A DNA stretch of 64,000 bases from an uncultured Rhodobacteraceae bacterium (GTDB lineage Bacteria > Pseudomonadota > Alphaproteobacteria > Rhodobacterales > Rhodobacteraceae): NCBI GenBank assembly GCA_937907485.1, contig CALESR010000270.1:3200-67199 (forward strand), read 5' to 3'. This document shows, piece after piece, positions 29,089-39,466 of this stretch; position 1 is the stretch's first letter, and each line of letters begins with the position of its first letter. The position numbers and the translations under genes are program-made. The notes under the pieces are model-generated. The model was not told the DNA's origin and made no database searches. It saw only the letters and a list, made by a program, of their open reading frames with translations.

Positions 29089-30113
29089 ACCTTGCAGATT
29101 TGAAAGAGACGCTCGTGCAACGACCCGCCATTTCAGTCACCATGGCCGCCTATAATGTCGCGCCCTATGTGGCGGCCTGTCTGGATAGTCTGCTCGCGCA
29201 GGACTGGCCGGATTTCGAGCTGATCATCGTCGACGACGCCTCTAGCGATGGGACACGAGAGATTCTCAGCGACTATGCGGCGCGCGATGGGCGCATCCGC
29301 CTGTTCCTGCAGACGAAAAACATGGGGCTAGCGGTCGCGCGCAATCTGGGCATCGCCGAGGCACGCGGTGACTGGGTGACCTTCCTTGACGCCGATGACC
29401 TATACAGCCCGCAGATGTTGCGGGTCGCGATCGAAACCGGGCGGGCGCGGGGCGCCGAGATGGTGCTGTGGGACTATGTGGTGTTCACGGACGAGGATGA
29501 GATTGCCCGAAAGCGAGCCGAGCCATCGCCGATGGCCTATCTCGACCCCAAAGACCGCAAGGCGCTGCTGGATCGCCCCGCCTTTGCCTGGACGCGGTTG
29601 GTGCGCCGCGATGCCCTGACGCGGCTGCAGATCGCGTTTGCGCGGGGTCTGACCTATCAGGACGTCCCTGTGCATTGGGCCTTGGTCACGCAACTCGACA
29701 CCATTGCGCTGGTGCCGCAGCGTCTCGCCTATTACCGCCAGCAACCGCAGGCAACCACGGCGGGCAAGGGTCTGAAGCGGGCTGATTATTTCACCGTCCT
29801 CGATCTGGTCGAGGCCTATCTGGTCGAAAACGGTCTCTTCGAGACCTTTGCCGATACCTTGACCGGGCGTCAGTTGAATGCCTGGCATGGCGTGCATGAC
29901 GTGATTGCGCCTGAGCATCGCGCGCAGGTCGAGGCGATGATCGAGCAGCGGTTCACCGACCGGCATCGCGCCTATCTGCGGGCGGGCAAACCCCTGCGTT
30001 GGCAGGCGCGGGCGTTTTACCGGGCCCTCGAGGGCAACCGGTTTGCCGGCTGGGCGCTGTCCGCGCGGTCGATGCTCCGGTCGCTGTACCGCCGATTTGC
30101 GAGACGAGGTTGA
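29085..30113 (+). CDS. GT2 glycosyltransferase
   Basis: ISVTMAAYN, IIVDDASSDG, GLAVARNLG, FLDADD. Confidence 0.92.
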   Translation: MNLADLKETLVQRPAISVTMAAYNVAPYVAACLDSLLAQDWPDFELIIVDDASSDGTREILSDYAARDGRIRLFLQTKNMGLAVARNLGIAEARGDWVTFLDADDLYSPQMLRVAIETGRARGAEMVLWDYVVFTDEDEIARKRAEPSPMAYLDPKDRKALLDRPAFAWTRLVRRDALTRLQIAFARGLTYQDVPVHWALVTQLDTIALVPQRLAYYRQQPQATTAGKGLKRADYFTVLDLVEAYLVENGLFETFADTLTGRQLNAWHGVHDVIAPEHRAQVEAMIEQRFTDRHRAYLRAGKPLRWQARAFYRALEGNRFAGWALSARSMLRSLYRRFARRG

Positions 30114-30114
30114 C

Positions 30115-31068
30115 ATGGAAATTCGCGACACCTCCCTGATTTCGCGGCTCAAGCGCGCTTTGGTGACCTGGAAGAACTCCAACGCCTTTGGCAAGCTGAT
30201 GTGGCTTGAAACGCTGCGGCTTCGCGCCGCGTGGAACCTCGCGCGGTATTCGGATCGCGATGCCATCATCAAGCTCTATCGCGATTACAGCGGGCGGGTG
30301 CCTGATCTGGAAAACCCGGTCCGGTTCAGCGAGAAACTGCAGTGGCTGAAACTGAACAACCGGGACCCGCTGCAGACGGTCCTGGCCGACAAGCATGCGG
30401 TCCGGGCCTATCTGATTGAGCGCGGCTTTGGCGATTTGCTCTGCCGCCAACTCGCCCGCATCGAGGATGCACGCGCCGTCGATTTCGAGGCACTGCCGGA
30501 GCGGTTTGTCATCAAGGCGGCCCATGCCAGCGGCTGGAATCTGATCGTGGCCGACAAGGCGCGACTGGACCGGAAACAAGCGCGCCGATTGATGGCTGCG
30601 TGGCTACGGCAGGGGATCTTCTGGAACGGGCGCGAATGGCCTTATCGCGACATGCCGCACCGGCTGGTGATTGAAGAGTACCTGTCTGACGCCAGCGGTG
30701 GGCTGCGCGACTACAAATTCTATTGCTTCAACGGTGAGCCGCGTTTTGTTCAAGCCAACTCCGGGCGGCTGTCGCAAGAGCATGCGCAGAACTTCTACAG
30801 CCTCGATTGGCAGATCCTGCCCTTTGGCAAGGACCTCGCGCCGCGTCCCGATATCGAGATCCCCCGACCGCCCGCGTTGCAGCGCATGATCGATATCGCC
30901 CGTGCGCTTTCGGTCGGCCACCCGTATATCAGGGTTGATCTCTATGATCTGGACGGCCGGGTGGTTTTTGGAGAACTGACCTTCTACCCGGCAAGCGGAC
31001 TGCCGGATTTCATCCCCGATGAACAGGATTTCGTCTGCGGCGAGATGCTTGTTCTACCCAATGCCTGA
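30115..31068 (+). CDS. TupA-like ATP-grasp protein
   Basis: PDLENPVRFSEKLQWLKL, ADKHAVR, FVIKAAHASG, IEEYL, DYKFYCFNG, RVDLY, FGELTFYPASG. Confidence 0.9.
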   Translation: MEIRDTSLISRLKRALVTWKNSNAFGKLMWLETLRLRAAWNLARYSDRDAIIKLYRDYSGRVPDLENPVRFSEKLQWLKLNNRDPLQTVLADKHAVRAYLIERGFGDLLCRQLARIEDARAVDFEALPERFVIKAAHASGWNLIVADKARLDRKQARRLMAAWLRQGIFWNGREWPYRDMPHRLVIEEYLSDASGGLRDYKFYCFNGEPRFVQANSGRLSQEHAQNFYSLDWQILPFGKDLAPRPDIEIPRPPALQRMIDIARALSVGHPYIRVDLYDLDGRVVFGELTFYPASGLPDFIPDEQDFVCGEMLVLPNA

Positions 31069-31078
31069 GGACTATTTC

Positions 31079-31843
31079 ATGACGCAAGACTTGCAAGCGG
31101 CCCAGCAGGTTCAGGAAAGCTGGTATTCCTTTCCCTATCACTATGTCACCGCCCTGCCGCCCCGGTTCGGCGTGGCGCGCGTTTATGACTGGCACCTGAA
31201 CTATGCCTCTGCGGTGACATTTCTGCTGGACCAGATCGCCGCCGATGCCTCGCACGACAAGATCATCGACATCGGCTGCGGCGACGGGCGCCTGACCCAT
31301 GAACTGGCCAAGCGTTTTCCCGCTGCGCGCCTGACCGGCATCGATTATTCGCAACAGGCGATCCGGCTGGCCTCGGCGCTGAACGCCGGCGGGGCGATGA
31401 GGTTCGAGGCGCGCGATCTGATCGAAGCCCCCTTTGACGGTGACAACGATGTTGCCGTCCTGATGGAGGTCTATGAGCATATCGAGCCCGCCAAGGCCGA
31501 TACCTTTCTACGTGGGGTGCGCGACACCCTGCGGCCCGGTGGTGTGCTGCATCTGACGGTGCCCCATCGCAACCTGCCACTGGCGCCGCACCATTTCCGC
31601 CATTTCGACTCGAACGTGCTGGGCAGCGAAGTCTCGCGCTATTTCGACGTCGAGGTCATCAAGCCCTTCGAGCGCCTGTCGGCCAAGCGCAAATGGCTGA
31701 ACCGGCTGCTGATCAACCGGTTCTTCGTGCTGAATCACCAAGGGGCGCTGAATGCCGTTTTCCGCAACTACATGAACACAATGTTCCACTGCGAGCGCGA
31801 GGACCAATGCCAACGTCTCTATCTCAAGGCCATCCGCCGCTGA
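31079..31843 (+). CDS. Class I SAM-dependent methyltransferase
   Basis: IDIGCGDG, GIDYS, LMEVYEHI, LRPGGVLHLTVP. Confidence 0.87.
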   Translation: MTQDLQAAQQVQESWYSFPYHYVTALPPRFGVARVYDWHLNYASAVTFLLDQIAADASHDKIIDIGCGDGRLTHELAKRFPAARLTGIDYSQQAIRLASALNAGGAMRFEARDLIEAPFDGDNDVAVLMEVYEHIEPAKADTFLRGVRDTLRPGGVLHLTVPHRNLPLAPHHFRHFDSNVLGSEVSRYFDVEVIKPFERLSAKRKWLNRLLINRFFVLNHQGALNAVFRNYMNTMFHCEREDQCQRLYLKAIRR

Positions 31844-31851
31844 GCGCGCCG

Positions 31852-33024
31852 TTGAAGGTCTGGCATGTCGTCGGGCCGATGAACCACGGCGGCGCCGAAG
31901 TGATGGTGATGGAGCTGTTGCGCCACAAGGATCCGGGCACGCAGGTTGATTTCCTCGTGCACCAGACGCGCGACCATGTCGGCGGCAGCGCCGATTTCGA
32001 CGCCGAGATCTTGGCCAGTGGCGCGCGTCTGTTCCCGATCGTCACACCGGTGCAGAGTGGGCTGCGCGCCTATTTTCGCGCGTTTCGCGCGCTGGTTCAG
32101 GCGCAGGGACGGCCGGATGTGGTGCATACCCATCTCAACGCTCGCAGCGGGATTGTGGCGCTGGCGGCTCGGCGCAATGGGGTCCGGCGCATCATCGTCC
32201 ATGCCCATGCGGCGCTGACCTTTCGGGGGTCGCTGGCGTATCGGGTCTTTGCGACGGTAGAACTGGCCGTCGCAAAGGTGATCTTTGGGCTGCTAGCCAC
32301 CGATTTCTGGGGCTGCTCGGCCGACGCGGTCGCCAGCCAGTTTCCGCGTTGGCTTCACCGCGGTCAACCGCGGGTGGTCATCAACAACGCGATCAATGTT
32401 TCTCAGTATGTATCGGTCTCGCCCGAGGCGGTGGCCCGGGCGCGCGCCGACCTGTCGGGCGGGCGCCAAGGCCTGTTGATCGGCACTGTCGGACGACTCG
32501 TGCGGCACAAGAACGCGGCGATGCTGGTCGATATTCTCGACGCAATGCGCCGCCGCGGTGTGAATGCCACGCTTGCGCTGATCGGACGCGAGGCGGACGC
32601 CGCCTATTGCGAGGACATCCGCGCGCGGGCCTTGGATCTGGGGCTGTCCGAGGCGGTGCGCTTCATCGGCCCGCGCAACGACATTCCGGCGGTGATGGCG
32701 GCGCTCGACGTCTTTGTGTCGCCGGCCCTGCGCGAAGGGTTTGGCCTTGTCGGACTCGAGGCGCAGGCCGCCGCCACCCCGGCAGTGCTGTCAACCGGAT
32801 TCCCTGCGATGATCGACATGGATCTTGGCGCAGTGCTGGTGCCAAAGGGGTTCGACGCCGACCTTTGGGCGGAGGCGGTGATCGAGGCGTCGGGCCGCGC
32901 GCGCCCGGCGCTCGATCTCGTCGCGCGCCGCATTGGCGAGCGCGGTTTTTCGTCCGTCGAGAATACGCAGCGCATCGAACGCGCCTGGCGCGACCCGTCG
33001 TTTCTGCCCGGAGACCCCGTATGA
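31852..33024 (+). CDS. GT4 glycosyltransferase (EpsF-like); start may be 31807
   Basis: HVVGPMNHGGAE, DVVHTH, GTVGRL..HKN, FVSPALREGFGLVGLEAQAA. Confidence 0.88.
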   Translation: MKVWHVVGPMNHGGAEVMVMELLRHKDPGTQVDFLVHQTRDHVGGSADFDAEILASGARLFPIVTPVQSGLRAYFRAFRALVQAQGRPDVVHTHLNARSGIVALAARRNGVRRIIVHAHAALTFRGSLAYRVFATVELAVAKVIFGLLATDFWGCSADAVASQFPRWLHRGQPRVVINNAINVSQYVSVSPEAVARARADLSGGRQGLLIGTVGRLVRHKNAAMLVDILDAMRRRGVNATLALIGREADAAYCEDIRARALDLGLSEAVRFIGPRNDIPAVMAALDVFVSPALREGFGLVGLEAQAAATPAVLSTGFPAMIDMDLGAVLVPKGFDADLWAEAVIEASGRARPALDLVARRIGERGFSSVENTQRIERAWRDPSFLPGDPV

Positions 33025-34196
33025 CCGGTTCCGCATCGCTCTCGCTCTTGATCTGTGGTGACATCTGCCCGACGGCGGACACCCGTGCGCTGTTCGACGA
33101 TGGGGTGCCCGGTGCCTTGCTGGGCACGTTGGTCGACAGGATCCGGGCCGCCGATCTTTCGCTCGCCAATCTCGAATGCGTCTTGTCCGAAACGGCGCCC
33201 CCAGCGGACAAGATCGGACCAGTGTTGACCGGCAAGGCCGCCGACGCCCGACTGCTGGCCGACGCTGGATTCGACCTGCTGGGTGTGGCGAACAACCACA
33301 TCAAGGACTGCGGCGAGGCCGGAGTGCTGGATACGCTTGCCGCCTGTGCGGCCGCCGGGATTCGCACGACGGGCAGCGGACCGAATGCCGCCGCTGCAGC
33401 CGAACCCGCGTGCCTTGAGGTCAAGGGCTGGACCATCGGCGTGATGGCCGTGGCCGAGCACGAATTCAACGCCGCTTCGGCAACTGGCGCCGGCGCGCAT
33501 GTTTTTGATCCCTTGACCGATCTCGAACGCCTGCGCGCCCTGAAAGCACGGTGTGATTGGGTTGTCGTGCTCTATCACGGGGGTATCGAGTATCACCCCT
33601 TTCCCAGCCCATTGTTGCAGCGTACCTGCCGTTCGCTGGTGCGCAACGGCGCCGACCTGGTCCTGTGTCAGCACAGCCATGTGATCGGCACGCTCGAGGC
33701 CTATGAGGGCGGGCATATCCTGTATGGGCAGGGCAATTCGGTCTTTGGCCACCGTCCCGGCAAATCGGGGTGGAATCAGGGGCTGGCGGTCTCGGTATTT
33801 CTTGATCGAGCGGACGGAATACAGGCCCGATTGGACATGTTGCCGATTGGCTGTGACGCCTCGGGGAGGGTCGATCTCCTCCCCGAAGACAGTGCAAAGG
33901 CCTGTCTGATGGCACTGGACGAACGGTCGCGCCGCGCCGAAGATCCCGCGTGGATCGAGACCGCCTGGTCAGGGTTCTGCGCCAATCTGGGCAAGAACCA
34001 GTTGCCGCATGTGCTGGGGCTGGGCCTCTGGCCGACACGCCTCAACCGGTTGCTCAAGGGCGGGTTGGTGCGGACCCTGTTCAGCAAGAAGCAACGCATG
34101 ACCGCCCTGAACGTCGTGCGCTGCGATGCGCATCGCGAGGTGGTGTTGACCGCGTTCGGGCAGACCTTGGATATCGCGCGGTTTGATCGCCCATGA
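33021..34196 (+). CDS. CapA/PGA_cap-family metallophosphoesterase-like protein
   Basis: CGDICP, ANLEC, ANNHIKDCG, YHGGIE, CQHSHV, YGQGN. Confidence 0.85.
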   Translation: MTGSASLSLLICGDICPTADTRALFDDGVPGALLGTLVDRIRAADLSLANLECVLSETAPPADKIGPVLTGKAADARLLADAGFDLLGVANNHIKDCGEAGVLDTLAACAAAGIRTTGSGPNAAAAAEPACLEVKGWTIGVMAVAEHEFNAASATGAGAHVFDPLTDLERLRALKARCDWVVVLYHGGIEYHPFPSPLLQRTCRSLVRNGADLVLCQHSHVIGTLEAYEGGHILYGQGNSVFGHRPGKSGWNQGLAVSVFLDRADGIQARLDMLPIGCDASGRVDLLPEDSAKACLMALDERSRRAEDPAWIETAWSGFCANLGKNQLPHVLGLGLWPTRLNRLLKGGLVRTLFSKKQRMTALNVVRCDAHREVVLTAFGQTLDIARFDRP

Positions 34197-35248
34197 TGCC
34201 GCATTTCGCCCTTCTGTTCGGGGTTTCGACGGTGGCGCTGATCGCGCAATACCGCCGGTTCTCGGGCGGAATCCGTTATGTGCTGGGCTTTGTGATCGTT
34301 CTCATGCTGACCCTTTTCGCCGGGCTTCGCGGGAATTTTGTCGGCGCCGATACGATCGGCTATATCGAGCGTTTCCTGTATCTGGTCAGCGTAGACGCCG
34401 ACTGGGATGGGACCAGTTCTGCCGAGCCGGGCTACAAGACGCTGGTTCTGATCGCGCGGCTGATATCGGACGATCCGACCGTGTTCTTGATCGTGACCTC
34501 GGGTGTGGTGTCTGGGCTCTTGGTGGCCGGGGCCTATCGAATGGCGCTGATCCCGCCTCTGGCGCTGTTCGTGATGATCGCCTTTGGCTTTTATGCCTTT
34601 CACATGAACGGTTTGCGGCAGGGTCTGGCCTTGGCCGTGTATGTCCACGCGCTGCCATCGCTGCTGCAGGGCCGACCTGCGCGCTATGGGCTGTGGGTGC
34701 TGGCCGCGTCGCTGTTCCATACGACCGCGATCTTCACATTGCCGCTTTATCCGCTGTTTCGCATCGGGTTTTCGATCTGGACCTTCGGCTTTCTCATGGT
34801 CATGGCAGGCCTGACGACCGTGGGTCTGGACTTTGTTTTCCAGTTCGCCGGCCTCGCCAACGAACGCTATGCGCTCTACGGTCAGAGCACGGCCACCGGC
34901 GGCGCGATGCTGACACTGTTTCACGTCATGCTCGCTGCGATGTTCATGCTGGGGCGCCCAATGGTGCGTCGCGAATGGCGAGCGGATTACGATAAATTGT
35001 TGATGATGCTGCTGTTCGGGGCGATGATCTTCGTGATTGTCCAGTTGACGGGCAGCTACGTCGAAATGACCCGGATGGCGCTCTATTTCACCATTTCGAT
35101 GGCGTTTCTTTGGCCGATCCTCTTGCGGTCGGTTCGCTCGCCGAATGTCCGGTTTTCGGTCATTGTCGCCGTCATGGGGATGGGCTGCGTCTATTTTTTT
35201 GTTTTTCTCAATCAGATAGGCGGGTACATCCCGTTCACGTTCCGATGA
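34193..35248 (+). CDS. wzy: EpsG-family O-antigen/capsule polymerase (Wzy)
   Basis: About 10 TMs, AGLRGNFVGADTIGY, EPGY, NGLRQGLA, LFHTTA, RMALYF. Confidence 0.83.
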   Translation: MMPHFALLFGVSTVALIAQYRRFSGGIRYVLGFVIVLMLTLFAGLRGNFVGADTIGYIERFLYLVSVDADWDGTSSAEPGYKTLVLIARLISDDPTVFLIVTSGVVSGLLVAGAYRMALIPPLALFVMIAFGFYAFHMNGLRQGLALAVYVHALPSLLQGRPARYGLWVLAASLFHTTAIFTLPLYPLFRIGFSIWTFGFLMVMAGLTTVGLDFVFQFAGLANERYALYGQSTATGGAMLTLFHVMLAAMFMLGRPMVRREWRADYDKLLMMLLFGAMIFVIVQLTGSYVEMTRMALYFTISMAFLWPILLRSVRSPNVRFSVIVAVMGMGCVYFFVFLNQIGGYIPFTFR

Positions 35249-36198
35249 ACCGGCCAACCGGTTTGGCGCAAGTTGCAATGAAGGCCACGATGAGTTCCGA
35301 CAAACCGCGCCTGTACCTGAGCGTCGACTTCGAGGATTTTTCGCATGACAATCTGCGAAGCCTCGGTGCGCCGTATGAGCCAACGATGCGGCGCGAGGCC
35401 TTGCTGCGGTCGTTGGACGTCATTCAGGACTACGCCACGCGGCATTTTCAAGACCCGCGAATGACCTTTTTCTGCACCGGGATCGTGGCGCGCAAGTGCC
35501 CGGATGTCGTGCGGCGGATCGCCGACTTGGGGCATGAGGTCGCGTGCCACTATCATTTTCACGACGATGTTCGCGCCGACAATCTGCACGTGTTGTCGCA
35601 GCGCCTCAGCGATGCCAAAGCTGCCCTCGAGGATGCCGGTGGCCAGGTGGTTCGCGGCTTTCGCGCGCCCCGGTTTTCGATCGATGCCGATGACCGCCAC
35701 CGCTATGGCCTGATCGAAGAGCATTTCGACTACGATTCGTCGATGCGGGTGGATTCGGTCGAGGAATGTATCGCGGTGCGCAAGGCTTTGGGCCTGACGC
35801 GGTTGCGGGTCTTTCCCGTCGGGTGCCACCGGGTGCGGCGCTATCTCAAACCGATCAAGACCGGCGGCACCTATCTCAAGTTGTTCCCGGTCTCGATCGG
35901 GATTGATCTGTTGCGACGCTCGACGGCGAACGGGTTGCTCCCGATGCTCTATCTGCACCCCTATGAATTCGTGGCCGACCGCTCGTTCATGATCGGTTGG
36001 AAGGAGTTGGCGTTTTTGCCCCCCATGAAACGGGCGCTGGTCTATGCGCGTCAGATACAATGGCATGTTGTTGGAAATGCAGGAATGAACACCAAGCTCG
36101 ACCGGGTCTTTGCCGAGTTCCAGCAGGGCGGACGGATGTGTGATCTGCTGGCGACAGATTATGCGCTTTCGTCGGACAAGACTCAGGGTCGGCCATGA
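35245..36198 (+). CDS. Polysaccharide deacetylase family protein
   Basis: LSVDFED, TFFCTG, GHEVACH, GFRAPRFS, YDSS, YLHPYE. Start at 35245, 35278 or later. Confidence 0.85.
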   Translation: MNRPTGLAQVAMKATMSSDKPRLYLSVDFEDFSHDNLRSLGAPYEPTMRREALLRSLDVIQDYATRHFQDPRMTFFCTGIVARKCPDVVRRIADLGHEVACHYHFHDDVRADNLHVLSQRLSDAKAALEDAGGQVVRGFRAPRFSIDADDRHRYGLIEEHFDYDSSMRVDSVEECIAVRKALGLTRLRVFPVGCHRVRRYLKPIKTGGTYLKLFPVSIGIDLLRRSTANGLLPMLYLHPYEFVADRSFMIGWKELAFLPPMKRALVYARQIQWHVVGNAGMNTKLDRVFAEFQQGGRMCDLLATDYALSSDKTQGRP

Positions 36199-37067
36199 AA
36201 ATCACCATTGGTTTGCCATTCTTCAACGCCGAAGACGATCTGCCCGATGCGATCCGCTCGATCTTCGCCCAAACCCATCAGGATTGGGAACTGATCCTGA
36301 TCGACGACGGTTCGACCGACCGCTCGTTGGACATCGCGCGCTCGGTTCAGGATCCGCGCGTGCGGGTTGTTTCGGATGGGCGAAATCTGCGACTGGCGGC
36401 GCGGCTGAATCAGATCGTCGATCTGGCGCAGACCGAGATCATCGTGCGCATGGATGCCGATGACCTGATTGCGCCCGAGCGGATCGAACGCGAACTCGCG
36501 GTTTTGCAGGCCGAGCCGGGCATCGATCTTGTATCGACCGGGCTGGTGTCGATTGACCGCAAGGGCGAACCCTTTGGCGCACGTTCGCATTTTGCCGACA
36601 CTGTCACGCGCGAGAACCTGCTGCGCAAACAGGGCGCCGGGATTGTCCATGCCGCCGTGGTCGGGCGCAGGGCGTGGTTTTTGCGCAACCGTTATGACCC
36701 GTCGGTGCCAATTGCGCAGGATTACGACCTTTGGCTGCGCTCCAGTGCGAAGGGGGATCTGGCGGTGCGAATCCTGCAAGAACCACTGTATTATGTGCGC
36801 GAGGTCGGCAGTGTCACTCCGTCCAAGATGTTCCGCTCGTACCGGATGGATCGCCGGGCCCTCTGGCGCAACCGGCGTAACCTGTGGGAGGCGCGCTTTA
36901 TCCTGAAATCGCTGCTGAAAACCGCGGCCCTATGGCTGATCGTCACCGCCGGACGGCTGGACTGGCTGGTGCGCCGCCGCTCGACGCCGCTGACGGATCA
37001 GGCGCTGATCGCCAAAGTCCATTCCGATATCGCCACGATCCGAAGCACCCATGTCCCCGGCCTTTGA
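36195..37067 (+). CDS. GT2 glycosyltransferase
   Basis: ITIGLPFFN, IDDGSTD, RMDADD, AQDYDLWLR. Confidence 0.92.
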   Translation: MKITIGLPFFNAEDDLPDAIRSIFAQTHQDWELILIDDGSTDRSLDIARSVQDPRVRVVSDGRNLRLAARLNQIVDLAQTEIIVRMDADDLIAPERIERELAVLQAEPGIDLVSTGLVSIDRKGEPFGARSHFADTVTRENLLRKQGAGIVHAAVVGRRAWFLRNRYDPSVPIAQDYDLWLRSSAKGDLAVRILQEPLYYVREVGSVTPSKMFRSYRMDRRALWRNRRNLWEARFILKSLLKTAALWLIVTAGRLDWLVRRRSTPLTDQALIAKVHSDIATIRSTHVPGL

Positions 37068-38256
37068 TCCCCTTGCGCCCGCTTCGCGACGCCCGCGCGT
37101 TGCATGGGTGATGCATAGCGTCTTCAACGCAAAGTTCTTTCTGGTTCCGCATCTGCGCATGCTGGGCGAGGAGCACGAGGTCTTGCTCTATCTGCGCAAC
37201 GACGCACCCGAAATTCTGGCCAATCTGGATATTCCCGCACGGGTCGTCGAAATCCCGATTGTCAGGCATGTCGATCCCTTGGCCGATCTCAAGGCGTTGT
37301 GGGTGCTGTATCGGGCGCTGCGGCGTGATCGGCCGGACCTTGTGCACAGCACGACGGCCAAAGGCGGGCTGATCGGCATGCTGGCGGCGTTCTTCGCCCG
37401 GGTGCCGCGGCGGGTTCATACCTTTCAGGGCGAAGCCTGGCCGCATTTCACCGGGGTCAAGCGTTGGCTGTTCAAGGCGCTTGACCGATTGGTCGCATGG
37501 CTTGCGACCGAGGTGACCGTGGTTTCGGCCTCGGAACGCGATTTCCTGCGCGACCAAGGTGTGTTGCCACCGAATCGGGGTCTGGTTCTGGGCTCAGGCT
37601 CGATCTGCGGGGTGGATCTGGAGCGTTTTTATCCAGACGCCGAGAGGCGCGCTGCGAAACGCGCGGAGCTGGGCTATGTCGAGGGCGATTTCGTCATCCT
37701 GTATTTGGGGCGGCTGCAGCGCGACAAGGGGTTGCACATCCTCGATGCGGCCCTGCAAAAGCTCACGGCACGCAGCGACCAGCCGATTCACGTGCTGGCC
37801 GTCGGCCCGGACGAAGACGGGCTTGGCGAGGGGCTGGTGCGCACCTTTGGCGCCGGGGTGCAGGTGCTGCCCTATACCGACACCCCTGAGGATTTCATCG
37901 CTGCGGCGGACATTCTGGTGCTGCCGAGTTTCCGCGAAGGCTTTGGCATGGTGCTGATCGAGGCCGCGGCAATGGGTGTGCCGTCGGTGGCATCGCGCAT
38001 CTATGGCATCACCTGCGCGGTCGCCGAGAATCAAACCGGCCTGCTGTTCGATGTTGGCGACCCGCAGGCGATGGCCGACGCGATGGAGCGCTTGTTGACC
38101 GATGGCGGTTTGCGGCGCAGACTCGGGGAAAACGGCATCAACCGGACGCGCGCCGAGTTCGACCAGAAAGTTGTGATCGAGCATTTCCGCCAGTTCTATC
38201 GGGCGCAACTGGCCGAATGGGTGCCCAGGGCAAGCGACAAGGGAGAGCGTCGGTGA
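37051..38256 (+). CDS. GT4 glycosyltransferase (CapM-like)
   Basis: VHSTTAKGG, HTFQG, GSICGVD, GRLQRDKG, PSFREGFGMVLIEAAA. Confidence 0.92.
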   Translation: MSPAFDPLAPASRRPRVAWVMHSVFNAKFFLVPHLRMLGEEHEVLLYLRNDAPEILANLDIPARVVEIPIVRHVDPLADLKALWVLYRALRRDRPDLVHSTTAKGGLIGMLAAFFARVPRRVHTFQGEAWPHFTGVKRWLFKALDRLVAWLATEVTVVSASERDFLRDQGVLPPNRGLVLGSGSICGVDLERFYPDAERRAAKRAELGYVEGDFVILYLGRLQRDKGLHILDAALQKLTARSDQPIHVLAVGPDEDGLGEGLVRTFGAGVQVLPYTDTPEDFIAAADILVLPSFREGFGMVLIEAAAMGVPSVASRIYGITCAVAENQTGLLFDVGDPQAMADAMERLLTDGGLRRRLGENGINRTRAEFDQKVVIEHFRQFYRAQLAEWVPRASDKGERR

Positions 38257-39083
38257 TCGACTACAGTTTGCACCCCGCGCTCGAACGCGCCAGCATCGAC
38301 GATTACATCGCGCTGTTTGATCTGGCCTTTCCCGGCAATGACAAACTGGGGCGCGCGTATCTCGAATGGCTCTATCGGCAGAACCCGGACGGTCCGGCTG
38401 TCGGGATGGACGCCTACCTGGGTGATGAACTGGCCGCCCATTATGTCACTATTCCGCGCACTTATCGGCAGGGCGGGGCGACGTATCGCGCACTGTTGTC
38501 GGTCAACACGGCGACCCATCCCCGCCACCAGCAGCGCGGGCTGTTCAAGCGTCTGGCCAATGCGACCTATGAAGCGGGGCAGGCGCAGGGGTTTCAGTTC
38601 GTGCTCGGCGCCGCCAATGCGAATTCGACCCATGGGTTTATCCGCAGTCTGGGCTTTGAGCATCTGGGCCAAATCCGCATGGTCGCCTGGTGCGGTCCGG
38701 ATGAGGTCGTCGAGCGGCTGCGCCTCGATACTCGGCCCGATTGGCTGGCCTGGCGGCTGGCGCGACCACAGGCCAGCTATCGTCTGTCACGGTTGGCCGG
38801 GGGCAGGGTGCGCATCCAGACCCGCCAGCGCGGCCTTGGCGTGACATTGGGTTTTGTGCCCGCCGAATCCCTCGCGCCCGTTCTCACCGATCATAGGGTG
38901 CACAGCCTGCCCTGGTTGCCGAACCTCACGCCGATCTTTCCGGTGCCGGGTGCAAGTCTGCGGTTGCCCGACCGCCTGCACCCGTCGCCCTGGAACGTGA
39001 TCTTCCGCCCGCTCGGTGCCGCGGGTCACGAGATCGACACCCGCCTGTTGCAGTATGACGGGCTGGCGATGGATACGTTCTGA
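38253..39083 (+). CDS. GNAT-family acyltransferase
   Basis: WLYRQNPDG, SVNTATHPRHQQRGLF, GAANANS. GTG overlaps the upstream stop. Confidence 0.8.
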   Translation: MIDYSLHPALERASIDDYIALFDLAFPGNDKLGRAYLEWLYRQNPDGPAVGMDAYLGDELAAHYVTIPRTYRQGGATYRALLSVNTATHPRHQQRGLFKRLANATYEAGQAQGFQFVLGAANANSTHGFIRSLGFEHLGQIRMVAWCGPDEVVERLRLDTRPDWLAWRLARPQASYRLSRLAGGRVRIQTRQRGLGVTLGFVPAESLAPVLTDHRVHSLPWLPNLTPIFPVPGASLRLPDRLHPSPWNVIFRPLGAAGHEIDTRLLQYDGLAMDTF

Positions 39084-39091
39084 ACCACGCC

Positions 39092-39466
39092 TCAGGCGCC
39101 CAGTTCCGTGATAAGGTGGCGCGCCAGTGCCAACGAGTCGACCTGCGTCACCAACAGGATTGCGTCCTCGGTCGAGGGCAGCGGACCCGTGCCGGACCAG
39201 TCTTGCAGGCACTGGCGCGCAGCCTCTGCCGCCGACATGTCGATCGCACCGCTGACATCCCAATCCGGACGATCCGGCAACGCCGCCATTGCCGCCAGCC
39301 AGGTTGCACCGTCGCTGATCGAGGCCAGCGCCAGCGTGCCCCCGCCGATGCCGGACCCACCGGCCAGATCGAAGGTCTGGGCGTCGGCTGTGCTTTGCCC
39401 CAGAACCAGCGCCAGTTGATTGGCGCTGTCGCAAAGAGCGGCGGGGCAGATGATTGTCAGTCTCAT
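39092..39466 (-). CDS. Small phage-type hypothetical protein co-transcribed with the spike/fibre genes
   Basis: ATGA-coupled to the fibre gene. MRLTIICPAAL..ANQLALVLG pattern recalled from proteins that follow phage fibres in Rhodobacterales. Confidence 0.55.
   Translation of the reverse strand: MRLTIICPAALCDSANQLALVLGQSTADAQTFDLAGGSGIGGGTLALASISDGATWLAAMAALPDRPDWDVSGAIDMSAAEAARQCLQDWSGTGPLPSTEDAILLVTQVDSLALARHLITELGA

Noticed and set aside
33021-34196. Poly-gamma-glutamate capsule synthesis (also 59079-60248)
   Set aside because: CapA-family domains only; no CapB/CapC ligase genes in the window.
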